Shown piece by piece: positions 18,776 through 29,059 of a stretch of DNA of 64,000 nucleotides; position 1 is the stretch's first letter; every line of letters starts with the position of its first letter. This DNA comes from an uncultured bacterium (GTDB lineage Bacteria > UBP4 > UBA4092). The DNA lies in assembly GCA_964644695.1 (NCBI GenBank), contig CAZXWN010000001.1, positions 430,869 to 494,868 of the forward strand. Direction: 5' to 3'. A program made the translations under genes and the position numbers. The notes under the pieces are model-generated. The model saw only the letters and a list, made by a program, of their open reading frames with translations. It was not told the origin of the DNA and searched no databases.

Positions 18776-21439
18776 ATGAGAGTCATTCTAGGACATGTTA
18801 ACGCTGATTTTGATGTTTTGGCCAGTATGGTGGGAGCTTGGAAGTTATATCCAGATGCTTTGATGGTGTTTCCGGGGTCCCAGGAAAAAACAGTACGTGA
18901 TTATCTTGCCACGCATTCCAACATCTCATTTCCCTTCTATAAAGCAAAAGATATTGATATTGAAAAAGTTACTGAGTTAATTCTGGTAGATACACGTTTC
19001 AGTAATCGTATCGGGATTTTTAAGGATTTATTAAACAAAAATGATGTAAGAGTCATTGCCTATGATCATCACCCATTAGATCAGGGGGATATTAAGGCAC
19101 ATGAGTTACATCAGGAAAATATCGGTTCCACAGCGACAATTCTCGTCAAAGAAATCAAGGCCAAAAACATTAAACTCACTCCCGATGAAGCAACAATTCT
19201 GGCCATCGGAATTTATGAAGATACCGGAAGTTTAACTTATATTACCGTGAGAAAAGATGATTTTGATGCCGTTGGTTATCTTGTCGAGCAAGGTGCCTCA
19301 CTGGTCAATATCCCTTCAATTCTTAAAATTGATTTAACAAAAGATCAATTACCACTTTTTGCGGACATTCTTAAGAACATGGAGTATCATGTTTTTGAAG
19401 GAATCCAGGTCGGAATTTCTCAATTAATCTCTGAGTCATATATGGGGGAGCTGGCCTTATTTATTCACAAGCTTCGAGACATTGGACATATTCCAGCCAT
19501 CTTTATCCTGGTCAAGTTAAAAGACAGAATACAAATTGTGGCACGAAGCCAAACTCTGGCAGTAAATCTTAACCAAATATTAGGAAGTATTGGTGGTGGA
19601 GGTCATCCCAGCGCTGCTTCTGCTGTGGTCCATGATAAGTCATTAGACGAAGTCAAACAATGGCTCTATGAGCAATTAGAGAAAGATGTAGAACCTCTCC
19701 TGCGTGCAAAAGACATTATGACTTCACCGGTTATGACATTATCTCCAGATTCAAGGGTTGATGATGTCCGAAAAATATACCTACGCTATCACCATAATGC
19801 CTATCCCGTCATCAAAGGTAAGGAATTGATTGGTTTGATTACATCCATGGATGTTGGACGGGCTTTTCACCTGGGTTATGCAAAAGAACCTATTGAAAAA
19901 TTCATGCATAAAGATTTTCATTCGGTTGATAGTTATGCTTCCTTTCGACAGGTAAGAGCTCTTATATCTCGTCCAGAAATCCCATTACTTCCCGTCACTG
20001 AATCCTCAGGCCGCCTGGTAGGTGTAATAACAAGATCAGACCTATTAAGGGTGTCACAGCAAATCGAAGTAAATTATGACCATTCAATGACTCTATCTGA
20101 AAATACAATCCAAAATGCTCGATTAAAAACACTAAATCTAACAGACCTCTTAAATGCCAATGTCGCTCCTCATATTCTCTTTTTATTAAAAAAGGCCGGT
20201 GATGTAGGGGATTCTCTTGGATATAAAGTTTATATTGTGGGAGGATTTGTCCGAGACCTGATACTGAATGAACCCAACTATGATCTCGATTTGGTAATTG
20301 AAGGTGATGGAATAAACTTTGCCACCCAATTAGCCGATCTTTTGAATGGAAATATTAAATCCCACAAACGATTCAATACCGCAATCGTTACAACGCCAGA
20401 GCATTTTAGAATTGACATTGCTACAGCCAGAACAGAATTTTATGAATATCCAGCAGCATTACCTGTCGTTGAATCCAGCTCCATAAAACATGATCTGTAT
20501 CGAAGGGACTTCACCATTAATGCCATGGCAATACGACTAAATCCCTGCGAATTTGGACAATTACATGATTATTTTAACGGCAGTGCCGATCTGCGGCATG
20601 GGCGCATCCGGGTCCTGCATAATCTGTCATTCGTCGAAGATCCAACTCGAATATTCAGGGCAATACGGTTTGAACAACGGTATGGTTTCAAAATGGATAA
20701 ACAAACAAGACATAATTTATCCAATGCCCTTGATTTAGACATTTTTTCAAAACTAGGAAATGAACGTACACGGGAAGAATTATTCCAAATTCTGAGTGAA
20801 AAGAAACCCTGGCTTGCTGTAAAACGAATGAGTGATTTAAATGTCCTGAAAACATTGCATACCAAATTAAAACTGCTAGCAGGGATGGATTCGATTTTTG
20901 ATTCCATTGATTCTTCAATAGAATTGATGAAAAGTTATACCACACAAAAAATTGATCGGTATGAGGTCTATCTTCTTGCACTGATTCAATCGCTGAATAT
21001 TGATGAAACAAGAGATTTTTGTTATCGATTATCAATACTCGGGAAAATTTCAAAAGACTGTATTCAATTGAAAAGGATTCTCTATAAAGTTAGTTTTCAG
21101 AATTCTGAGACACCGGAGTTATTACATCAATATTTAAAAGAAGCATCACCCTCCGTCATTGCTTATCTCATGTCTTATTTTAATAATTCTGATATTTCTT
21201 CTAACCCAATTTTAAAATACCTGGATCTTCTGAAAAAAAGAACCATACGAGTTAATGGGGATGATTTAATCAAAATAGGATATCATTCAGGACCAGAATT
21301 TAAAATCATGCTTGAAAATCTACAAGCTGCGGCACTAAGACAACAGTTTGATAAAAAAGAGGACGAAATCATCTGGATAATCAATGAATATCCCAAGACT
21401 TCTAGGCAAATCGCAGATGACGAACATGGGCAGGCATAA
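18776..21439 (+). CDS. DHH-DHHA1-CBS-fused tRNA nucleotidyltransferase (A-adding or CCA-adding)
   Basis: HVNADFD, YDHH, GGGH, CBS pair, VGGFVRD, DLD, RRDFTINAMA, EDPTRIFRAIRF. Confidence 0.9.
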   Translation: MRVILGHVNADFDVLASMVGAWKLYPDALMVFPGSQEKTVRDYLATHSNISFPFYKAKDIDIEKVTELILVDTRFSNRIGIFKDLLNKNDVRVIAYDHHPLDQGDIKAHELHQENIGSTATILVKEIKAKNIKLTPDEATILAIGIYEDTGSLTYITVRKDDFDAVGYLVEQGASLVNIPSILKIDLTKDQLPLFADILKNMEYHVFEGIQVGISQLISESYMGELALFIHKLRDIGHIPAIFILVKLKDRIQIVARSQTLAVNLNQILGSIGGGGHPSAASAVVHDKSLDEVKQWLYEQLEKDVEPLLRAKDIMTSPVMTLSPDSRVDDVRKIYLRYHHNAYPVIKGKELIGLITSMDVGRAFHLGYAKEPIEKFMHKDFHSVDSYASFRQVRALISRPEIPLLPVTESSGRLVGVITRSDLLRVSQQIEVNYDHSMTLSENTIQNARLKTLNLTDLLNANVAPHILFLLKKAGDVGDSLGYKVYIVGGFVRDLILNEPNYDLDLVIEGDGINFATQLADLLNGNIKSHKRFNTAIVTTPEHFRIDIATARTEFYEYPAALPVVESSSIKHDLYRRDFTINAMAIRLNPCEFGQLHDYFNGSADLRHGRIRVLHNLSFVEDPTRIFRAIRFEQRYGFKMDKQTRHNLSNALDLDIFSKLGNERTREELFQILSEKKPWLAVKRMSDLNVLKTLHTKLKLLAGMDSIFDSIDSSIELMKSYTTQKIDRYEVYLLALIQSLNIDETRDFCYRLSILGKISKDCIQLKRILYKVSFQNSETPELLHQYLKEASPSVIAYLMSYFNNSDISSNPILKYLDLLKKRTIRVNGDDLIKIGYHSGPEFKIMLENLQAAALRQQFDKKEDEIIWIINEYPKTSRQIADDEHGQA

Positions 21440-22040
21440 TATTTAGCAAAACATACTGGTGATAATATTCATGCTGCTTAATGAATGACCTGAGAACAGT
21501 ATCCAATTCACGAACTTTCATTCTATTCTCACCCTGACTTAAATAACATCGTGTACGACGTATTCCAATATATTCAAAATAACTTAAGGTGCCCTGTTCT
21601 TTTAGTGCATTTTTGTAATATATCTGAATATCCTTTACAACTTGAACAGGAAAATTATTCATCGGTAAGCTGGAAATAATGTAGTCAAACTTCAAATGTT
21701 TATCTATTTCCTGTACCGGCATGACATGAATAAATATCTTGTCTTTATAGGGTTCAAACAGAGGGTCTTGTTGGACTAATTCTTTGAGATGTTTTGCAAA
21801 TGAAGGATTAATTTCGCAGATATGAAATTCGTCATTTACTTGTAAATAAGAGGCAATCTTTTTTGTAAAAACACCTGTGCCAGGCCCAACTTCCAGAATA
21901 ACAGATGGTTTTCTTTTTCTTTTAGCAAATTCAGAAGTAATGGCATTAGCCAAGAATCGTGAACTTGGTGTTAATGCTCCGGTAGTTACGACCTCATTGC
22001 GAAGTTGCTGTAAAAACATTAATCTTTCTGAAAAACTCAT
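21402..22040 (-). CDS. Phospholipid N-methyltransferase-like (PmtA/OlsG type) SAM methyltransferase
   Basis: TGALTPSSRFLA, LEVGPGTG, IISSLP; GAGGAG RBS before ATG 22040. Confidence 0.75.
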   Translation of the reverse strand: MSFSERLMFLQQLRNEVVTTGALTPSSRFLANAITSEFAKRKRKPSVILEVGPGTGVFTKKIASYLQVNDEFHICEINPSFAKHLKELVQQDPLFEPYKDKIFIHVMPVQEIDKHLKFDYIISSLPMNNFPVQVVKDIQIYYKNALKEQGTLSYFEYIGIRRTRCYLSQGENRMKVRELDTVLRSFIKQHEYYHQYVLLNIMPAHVRHLRFA

Positions 22041-22055
22041 CGAGTTACTCCTCAA

Positions 22056-23675
22056 TCATTGATTACCCGTTTGATTTTCAACCATTGCCTGAAGATAATA
22101 CAGTTCTTCTTTATCAAACCATATTTGCTGACAGTGAAAACACCTGTCAATAATTATCTGGTACTGATAACTATAGTACATTCTCCCTAAAAGGGCATTA
22201 CAGAGAGGGCAACGAATCATTGGGCTTTTATCTCTCTGATTGATTTTTTCACCTTTGATATTCTTTCGCATCAAATTAATGCGCATCTTATCAGCTTTTT
22301 TAAGAAATTCCTCTGAAAAGGAAGATTCCCTTCGTGACAATATTCTACTTATTGAGTCATCTGGAATCAGAAATCCAGTACATAGTTTACAGTATTGAAC
22401 GGGAGTCCCTTCATAGAATGTTTGATCCAATGACCTTAAACAACGGGGACAATATCTTGTCGTAAGTGACTGTGAGTTTTTTTTCTCAAGATAGGGTTTT
22501 AATGCTGGTTCCTCAGATGCTGGATGGATATTATTCTCCTGGGTATGATAAATATTATTTTTTAAATCAAAACCCGGTAAGGCCAGCATTTCACTAATAG
22601 TAAAAGGACCTTTCCACTCTTCGTTGTCCTGCACCATCCATCCTTGTTTTTCACCGGCTTCAGTATTTACTTCCATTCTAGCTTCTTCACGATTCTTCTT
22701 TTGTGCAGATACATTTTCAATTAAAACATGAGGCGGTATTTGAGCAATTTCAGAAATAACCTTTAATCGCTTATCAAAGGGGGGATGTGTTGTGAATAAT
22801 TTTGAATACCATTTTTCTTCCTCTTCCCAGGAATCAATGGCCGGATTGTCAATAAAGATTGGAGACATTGACTCATCAATAGCGCCAATTCCTCTCCAGC
22901 AAAATCGGATACGGATTAATGCCTCAGCTAAAGATTGTGGATTCCTTGTTAATTGTATTGCAGTTGCATCGGCCATATACTCTCTTTGACGAGAAATACA
23001 AGTATTTAATAACTTAGCTATTACCGCAAAGAATCCTATAATGAGAGCAACAAAAGCAATTTCTCCGCGACGCGTTTCCTTTGTACCTTCCATTGCAGCT
23101 CGAAGAGATTGTGCATATGTTGCAAACATAGAACACGATAATGTAACAATGAAAACATCATTATTTAATAAATGAGAAACCTCATGAGCAACAACAGCCT
23201 CTAATTGACTACGCGTTAATTTTGACAATATTCCCTCAGTTACACCTATAACACCATTTCTTCTATTCGTAGCAATTGAAAATGCATTTACGGATGGGGA
23301 AGGGACAACTACACCTCGAAGGTAAGGATTCCCGGAAGCAATTTTTATTTCATCAATAATATTTATAAATTGTTTATGGTACTTATCTAAGGGTTCGGGA
23401 TCTTTTGCCTTAAGTATCTTTAAAATTCTTTGAACGCCGCATGTATATGAAAAAATCCATTGAATCAATACAATAAATACTGCCAAAAATAATATTGATA
23501 AATAAAAGACACTCGAGAAAACAAACCCTTCACCCATAGAAAAAAACGATATATAGAGCTTAAGAATCCAGCCAACAACTAAAAAACCAGAAATATATAA
23601 AGAGGTTAATACCAGGAATAAAAGAATACTCTTATAATATCTTTTTTTCTTTATCTCAACAGGAAAAAAAGGCAT
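22056..23675 (-). CDS. M48 (HtpX-like) zinc protease with GYF_2-like and two Zn-ribbon domains
   Basis: NAF, AHEVSH, REYMAD, THPP; WKGPFT; CPRC..CKLC and CPLC..CFHCQQIWFDKEEL. Confidence 0.85.
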   Translation of the reverse strand: MPFFPVEIKKKRYYKSILLFLVLTSLYISGFLVVGWILKLYISFFSMGEGFVFSSVFYLSILFLAVFIVLIQWIFSYTCGVQRILKILKAKDPEPLDKYHKQFINIIDEIKIASGNPYLRGVVVPSPSVNAFSIATNRRNGVIGVTEGILSKLTRSQLEAVVAHEVSHLLNNDVFIVTLSCSMFATYAQSLRAAMEGTKETRRGEIAFVALIIGFFAVIAKLLNTCISRQREYMADATAIQLTRNPQSLAEALIRIRFCWRGIGAIDESMSPIFIDNPAIDSWEEEEKWYSKLFTTHPPFDKRLKVISEIAQIPPHVLIENVSAQKKNREEARMEVNTEAGEKQGWMVQDNEEWKGPFTISEMLALPGFDLKNNIYHTQENNIHPASEEPALKPYLEKKNSQSLTTRYCPRCLRSLDQTFYEGTPVQYCKLCTGFLIPDDSISRILSRRESSFSEEFLKKADKMRINLMRKNIKGEKINQRDKSPMIRCPLCNALLGRMYYSYQYQIIIDRCFHCQQIWFDKEELYYLQAMVENQTGNQ

Positions 23676-23676
23676 G

Positions 23677-24825
23677 CTATTTTCCTATTAGCTTCATAAT
23701 CATATTATGTACAATTGGAGGCGTAATTTTTGTCATGCAGAAAATGGGCTGATTGCAGGTTCCACGATAGCAGGGTGAACACGGGAATTCCTCGGAGTCC
23801 ACAACTAGTTTAATTCCACGATCATACAAATCAATTTCAGAAGCACTAGTTGAACCAATTAAGGCAATAACTTTCTTCTTAAGAGCAATAGCCAGGTGCA
23901 TGGCTAAAGTATCGGAGGTAACAACAAGGTCACATAAATTCATTATGGAATAGAAATCAGTTATGGGATGTTCACAACCCGTATAAACAACAGAAAGCCC
24001 TCTTTCACTCGCATTATCATAAATGGCCTGGTTATTAGCCTGTTCTTCTGCCCCCCCCAAAAGAAGGATCTTCACTGCATCCCCCATATGCTTGTGAATT
24101 AGTTCTATCAGGGTCATATAATATTCCGCAGGCCATCTTTTGGTTAAAAAGCGAGCTCCACTTCCAGTATTTAGACCAATAACGAATTTGTCTTGAGTAT
24201 TGAATTTTCCCGCCCAATATTGTGACTTTTCCTGGCAATATTCAGAAAAATCCAGACAATATTCTTGTCTATTATACGGAAGACCCAATCCCTCAAAAAT
24301 AATTTCCTGATACGTTTTTGTATTAATTTTAAATTTCAAAGAATCATCAAGACCTAACTGAAGAGCATAATCCATTTCAGGATTCAAAATTATCAGAGAG
24401 CCTTTTTTATCAAGTCCAAATCCCATTTTCTTTGCGGCATTAACTTGCATAGAAAGCCCCGTAGCTCGTGGCTCCTTGTCCAGACATATAAGAATATCGA
24501 AGTCTTCATTTATAAGAGTCCAATAAGTATCCGGATTGTTAAAACTCAGGCAACGATCAACTAATCCAATATTTTTTATTAAAGGATATATAACAGAATC
24601 AGTGACCCATGTAATATGACTAACAGGGTAGGTGCTTTTTAAGGAAGGTAAGATTGCAGTTGTTCGGATAACATCCCCAGCTGCTCCAAGTTTTATAATG
24701 AGTATTCGAAATCCCATAGGTGAATATTCTGGACATTTATTACAGACTCGTTTAAAACGACAGGGTTTATCACCTAAGTAATAGCGACAATCGTAATTTA
24801 CTGGAAATGACAATTTAAACCTCAA
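23677..24825 (-). CDS. GT9 heptosyltransferase-like glycosyltransferase
   Basis: IKLGAAGDV, TKRWP, SDTLAMHLAIAL, Cys clusters at both ends. Confidence 0.88.
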   Translation of the reverse strand: MRFKLSFPVNYDCRYYLGDKPCRFKRVCNKCPEYSPMGFRILIIKLGAAGDVIRTTAILPSLKSTYPVSHITWVTDSVIYPLIKNIGLVDRCLSFNNPDTYWTLINEDFDILICLDKEPRATGLSMQVNAAKKMGFGLDKKGSLIILNPEMDYALQLGLDDSLKFKINTKTYQEIIFEGLGLPYNRQEYCLDFSEYCQEKSQYWAGKFNTQDKFVIGLNTGSGARFLTKRWPAEYYMTLIELIHKHMGDAVKILLLGGAEEQANNQAIYDNASERGLSVVYTGCEHPITDFYSIMNLCDLVVTSDTLAMHLAIALKKKVIALIGSTSASEIDLYDRGIKLVVDSEEFPCSPCYRGTCNQPIFCMTKITPPIVHNMIMKLIGK

Positions 24826-26438
24826 AAATCCAACAATTCAATAGTATAGTTTTCAAAATGTAACTTTTCATCAGGTTGAATCGAAATCATCTTTCTATAT
24901 TTGTCACCCAACTCAGCCATTTCATTTTCCATAATTTGATTAAGAACGCGATGAAGCTCTGGATGTACTTTGACTAATACTCTCGGCTTACTGGTTGTAC
25001 GACAAACCTTTCTCAGCTCCCTTAGTACCTTTATTGCCATAGTGTCTGGAGCTAGAATAACTCCATTCCCATCACAATAAGGACAGGGCTGTGTAAGTGT
25101 TTTTAAAAGACTTGGACGTACCCTTCGGCGAGTCATTTGTATCAAACCAACTTCAGTCATTTCCAGCATAGTAAATCGTTCACGATCCGATTTCATGGCT
25201 TCGGAAAATGCTTCATGAACTTTATGTCGATTAGATCTATTTTTCATATCAATAAAATCTACTACTAGTAATCCACCTAATCCTCTGGCTCTTATTTGAT
25301 GAGATATTTCCTTAGCAGCCTCAATATTAGTTTTTACTAATGTTTGCTCGATATCCTGACCACCAACAAATTTACCAGTATTGATATCAATAGCTACAAG
25401 AGCTTCTGCCTCATCAATATATATATGCCCACCAGACTTTAACCATATTTTTCGTTGCAATAGCTTGTCTATCTGGGGTTCAATTTCGAATATATCAAAC
25501 AGAGGATCTGTCTGGTCATGGAGAAAAACACGAGGCTTTAATTCAGGAGAGATGGTATCCAGCAAATCATTGATACGATCATAATCGTCTTCATTATCAA
25601 CCACAAGCGCATCAATTGTTTCATTGAACATATCACGAATTGCACGATCAGTAAGAGCAAGATCTTTATGTATTAAAGAAGGGGAATGGGATGTATCTGA
25701 TTTTCGCTGAATCTTCTTCCATAAATTAGTTAAGAATAATAAATCCCTTTTAAATTCAACTTCGCTAACCCCTTCAGCAGCAGTTCGTACTATTAACCCC
25801 ATGCCTTCAGGTAAAAACCTTTTTGCTAAACCACGTAAGTATTCACGTTTTTTACCATCTTGAATTCTTCGAGAGATACCAATATGTTTGATAGTGGGCA
25901 TCAACACTAAAAACCTTCCAGGTAAAGTAATATGTGTTGTTGCTCGAGCTCCCTTTTTACCCAAAGGCTCCTTAACAATTTGAACAAGAATATCTTGTCC
26001 TTCTTGTATCAAATCATCTATCATTACCGGCAGACGATTATGATGAGTCGTCTTTTCAGCACCAATATCATCCTCTTCATCATCTGTAACCGATTGTTGT
26101 TTTTCTGTCTCATCATCATCGGCAGAATCAGATAACCAAGATTCGTAAGATTTTATATCTTGATAAATGTCAGACACATATAAAAAACAGTTTTTACCAA
26201 CACCAATATCAACAAAAGCAGCTCCAATGCCAGAAACAATTCGGTCAACTCTTCCTTTAAAAATATTTCCAATAATGCCTTTATCTGCTTCTCTTTCAAT
26301 AACTAATTCTGCCAATTTACCTTTTTCAATAAGGGCTACTCTTGTTTCGTACCCCTCACTATTGATCAATAAGACATTATTTTTTGTCTTAATTTTAGAT
26401 GGATTATACGGTTGAGCTTTTCGTGTTGATCTGGCCAT
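24822..26438 (-). CDS. rng: Ribonuclease E/G family (RNase G-like)
   Basis: GNIFKGRV, KEPLGKKGA, IDINTG, VDFIDM, CPYC Zn link. Confidence 0.93.
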   Translation of the reverse strand: MARSTRKAQPYNPSKIKTKNNVLLINSEGYETRVALIEKGKLAELVIEREADKGIIGNIFKGRVDRIVSGIGAAFVDIGVGKNCFLYVSDIYQDIKSYESWLSDSADDDETEKQQSVTDDEEDDIGAEKTTHHNRLPVMIDDLIQEGQDILVQIVKEPLGKKGARATTHITLPGRFLVLMPTIKHIGISRRIQDGKKREYLRGLAKRFLPEGMGLIVRTAAEGVSEVEFKRDLLFLTNLWKKIQRKSDTSHSPSLIHKDLALTDRAIRDMFNETIDALVVDNEDDYDRINDLLDTISPELKPRVFLHDQTDPLFDIFEIEPQIDKLLQRKIWLKSGGHIYIDEAEALVAIDINTGKFVGGQDIEQTLVKTNIEAAKEISHQIRARGLGGLLVVDFIDMKNRSNRHKVHEAFSEAMKSDRERFTMLEMTEVGLIQMTRRRVRPSLLKTLTQPCPYCDGNGVILAPDTMAIKVLRELRKVCRTTSKPRVLVKVHPELHRVLNQIMENEMAELGDKYRKMISIQPDEKLHFENYTIELLDF

Positions 26439-26450
26439 TGTCAGCCTATC

Positions 26451-29057
26451 TTATTTATAAGTTTCAGGAGAGATTAAGACACCGTCTTTAAGTGCATACA
26501 TCCCAGTCCTTCTATAATTCATTAGTTTTATTGATTTTACATCATTACCGATTAGTAATTCCATTAATTCTTCTGTTTTCGCGTTAGTTGTGTTATTAAC
26601 AAAAAAAGATACATTTACTGACGAATGTGGATTATCTCCCACAGTCAGGGAATAAATAAGTGGACGAATATCAAGTTCCTTATATAATTTATTGTCTTTA
26701 TATCGCAAAACTTTCAACTCTTTTTTGCTTAAAAGAGTACCCACCTTTTCATTAAGTTGTTCCTTACTCACTAAATCAAAGCCGTTTACTTGATATGACA
26801 CTATATTAATTATTTTTGATAAGGGCTGGGCTTTAGTCGTAACCTCCCAATACTTTTCAATTATCAATCCATCAGGAAGTTCCTGGGATAATTTAGCGAA
26901 CACTTCATCAGGGTTCTCTTGAGTATATAAAGATAATTGAGCATATTCAGATTCACTGGTATATCCAAGAGATAGAGGTAAAGCTAATTGAAACTTTATT
27001 TGGGGATTATATCCTTGAGAGAAGGCTAAAGGTAATTTTGTTCTCCGGAGTGCATAATGAAAGGTACGCATTAAATCTAAATGAGAGATAAATCGAATCA
27101 AACCTTCCTTGCGAAACTTAAACCGGTAAACAGCTTTTTCTATGAACAAACTTTTATTAAAGGTTGTATCTACGATATGAGGAACTATCTTCTGGCTAAC
27201 AATTTTATCTTCTGCTTTTTTGTGGGTACAGCCATTCACTCCACAAAGATAACAAATATTAGACTGCGAACAATCTTTACTTGTTTCTTCGATTTGAGAA
27301 AGATTCCATTCCTTAACTAAGAATTCTGTACTGACACCAGCATTGATATGAGACCAGGGAGTAACAGAACCAGGCTCAATAAATCTAGAAGCATAACTCT
27401 CACCTGATATTTTGGTATCAATAAAAGCTTGGTTCCATAATTCAGGTTTAAATTGATCTGACCAGTTGTCGAGTTTAGCGCCAAGTTCCCAAACTCGATA
27501 TATCACTCCGGCCAATTTACGATCACCACGGGATATAACTGCTTCAATAAATGATTGTTCAGGATCGTGCCATTTTAAACGAATGGAACGTGACTGTATG
27601 TGTGACTTAACCCAATATATTCTCTTAGTGATTTCATCTTTTGGTAACTGTCCAGCAAATTGAAAAGCAGTATGGGGTTTTGGTATAAATATTGAAATTG
27701 AAACAGTAATATTACCGCCCCGTGTCGATTCTTTTTTGGCGATCTGAGATGCCTTATTAATGAGGGAGACCATGTATTCTAAATCATCGTATGTTTCGGT
27801 TGGTAATCCAATCATAAAATAGAGTTTTGCGGACAACCACCCAGATTGAAAAACATCTCTTATAGCTGATTCCAAATCAGAATCAGAGATATTTTTATTA
27901 ATAACCCTCCGTAATCTTTCACTTCCAGCTTCTACGGCAAAAGTAAAACCATTCTTTTTAACTTCCTTAAGAGTTCGCGCTAATTCAATGGAAAAATTAT
28001 CGACTCTTAGTGAGGGTAGAGAAATTGAAACCTGCTGCCTTTTAAAATTATCTGTTAACTCAGTTGATAGCCCACCAATATCGTAATAATCACTACTTGA
28101 AAGCGATAGGAGAGATATTTCATCAAGGCCTGTTGATTCTATACATACCTTTGATTGTCTAATTAGAGTATTTTTAAATCTTTCGCGACGAGGTCTTGTA
28201 ACATAACCTGCTTGGCAAAAACGACATCCGCGCAAACAACCGCGCTGTATTTCAAGCGCAACTCTATCATGAGTTATTTCAATAAATGGAACAATTTGTT
28301 TATTTGGATAATAAGCGTTTTCAAGATTAACAATTCTCTTATTAATGATGTTCTTACTTTTTAATGATACTAATTCTTTAAATGTTCCATCTGTATTGTA
28401 ATTTGCCTCATAAAACGCTGGAACATAAACTCCCTCAATTTCGGATAAAGTTTCAAGAATATTCTGTCGTGAAGCATTGGAAGATTTCATAGACTGCACA
28501 ATATGAATAATTTCCTGAAAAACATCTTCACCATCGCCAATAACAAAGGCATCAATAAATGGAGCCATTGGTTCTGGATTAAAGGACACATGACCGCCCG
28601 CAATTATTATGGGGGCTTTTTGAGTACGATCTTTACTGTATATTGGAATATTCCCCAAATTAAGCATATTCAAAACAGTAGTTACACAAAGTTCATATTG
28701 AAGGGTAAATGCAAGAATGTCTAAATCACGTAAAGGAATTTTATTTTCAAGAGTAAAAAGGGGGATATTTTGTTCTCGTAAAAGACTTTCCATGTCAGGC
28801 CATGGTGCATATACTCTTTCAGTTGAAACATCTGGTATGTTGTTAAGCAACTCATAAAATATCTTATAACCCAGATGGGACATCCCTAATTCATATACAT
28901 CGGGGAATGCCAAACCAATTGTCAGATTGACCTCATTTAGATTTTTTATAATAGAATTAAATTCATTTCCCAGATATCTTCCGGGCTTACTCACAAGTGG
29001 AAGAATTTCATCAATTGATTTTGAATCAAAAGTCACATACACACCATTATTCTGCAA
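26451..29057 (-). CDS. TIGR03960-type B12-binding radical SAM fused to a TIGR03936/DUF2344 domain
   Basis: KPGRYLGNE, FPDVYELGMSHLG, CLRGCRFC; C-terminal RFISHLD..AFSQGYNP. Confidence 0.88.
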   Translation of the reverse strand: MQNNGVYVTFDSKSIDEILPLVSKPGRYLGNEFNSIIKNLNEVNLTIGLAFPDVYELGMSHLGYKIFYELLNNIPDVSTERVYAPWPDMESLLREQNIPLFTLENKIPLRDLDILAFTLQYELCVTTVLNMLNLGNIPIYSKDRTQKAPIIIAGGHVSFNPEPMAPFIDAFVIGDGEDVFQEIIHIVQSMKSSNASRQNILETLSEIEGVYVPAFYEANYNTDGTFKELVSLKSKNIINKRIVNLENAYYPNKQIVPFIEITHDRVALEIQRGCLRGCRFCQAGYVTRPRRERFKNTLIRQSKVCIESTGLDEISLLSLSSSDYYDIGGLSTELTDNFKRQQVSISLPSLRVDNFSIELARTLKEVKKNGFTFAVEAGSERLRRVINKNISDSDLESAIRDVFQSGWLSAKLYFMIGLPTETYDDLEYMVSLINKASQIAKKESTRGGNITVSISIFIPKPHTAFQFAGQLPKDEITKRIYWVKSHIQSRSIRLKWHDPEQSFIEAVISRGDRKLAGVIYRVWELGAKLDNWSDQFKPELWNQAFIDTKISGESYASRFIEPGSVTPWSHINAGVSTEFLVKEWNLSQIEETSKDCSQSNICYLCGVNGCTHKKAEDKIVSQKIVPHIVDTTFNKSLFIEKAVYRFKFRKEGLIRFISHLDLMRTFHYALRRTKLPLAFSQGYNPQIKFQLALPLSLGYTSESEYAQLSLYTQENPDEVFAKLSQELPDGLIIEKYWEVTTKAQPLSKIINIVSYQVNGFDLVSKEQLNEKVGTLLSKKELKVLRYKDNKLYKELDIRPLIYSLTVGDNPHSSVNVSFFVNNTTNAKTEELMELLIGNDVKSIKLMNYRRTGMYALKDGVLISPETYK

Positions 29058-29059
29058 AT

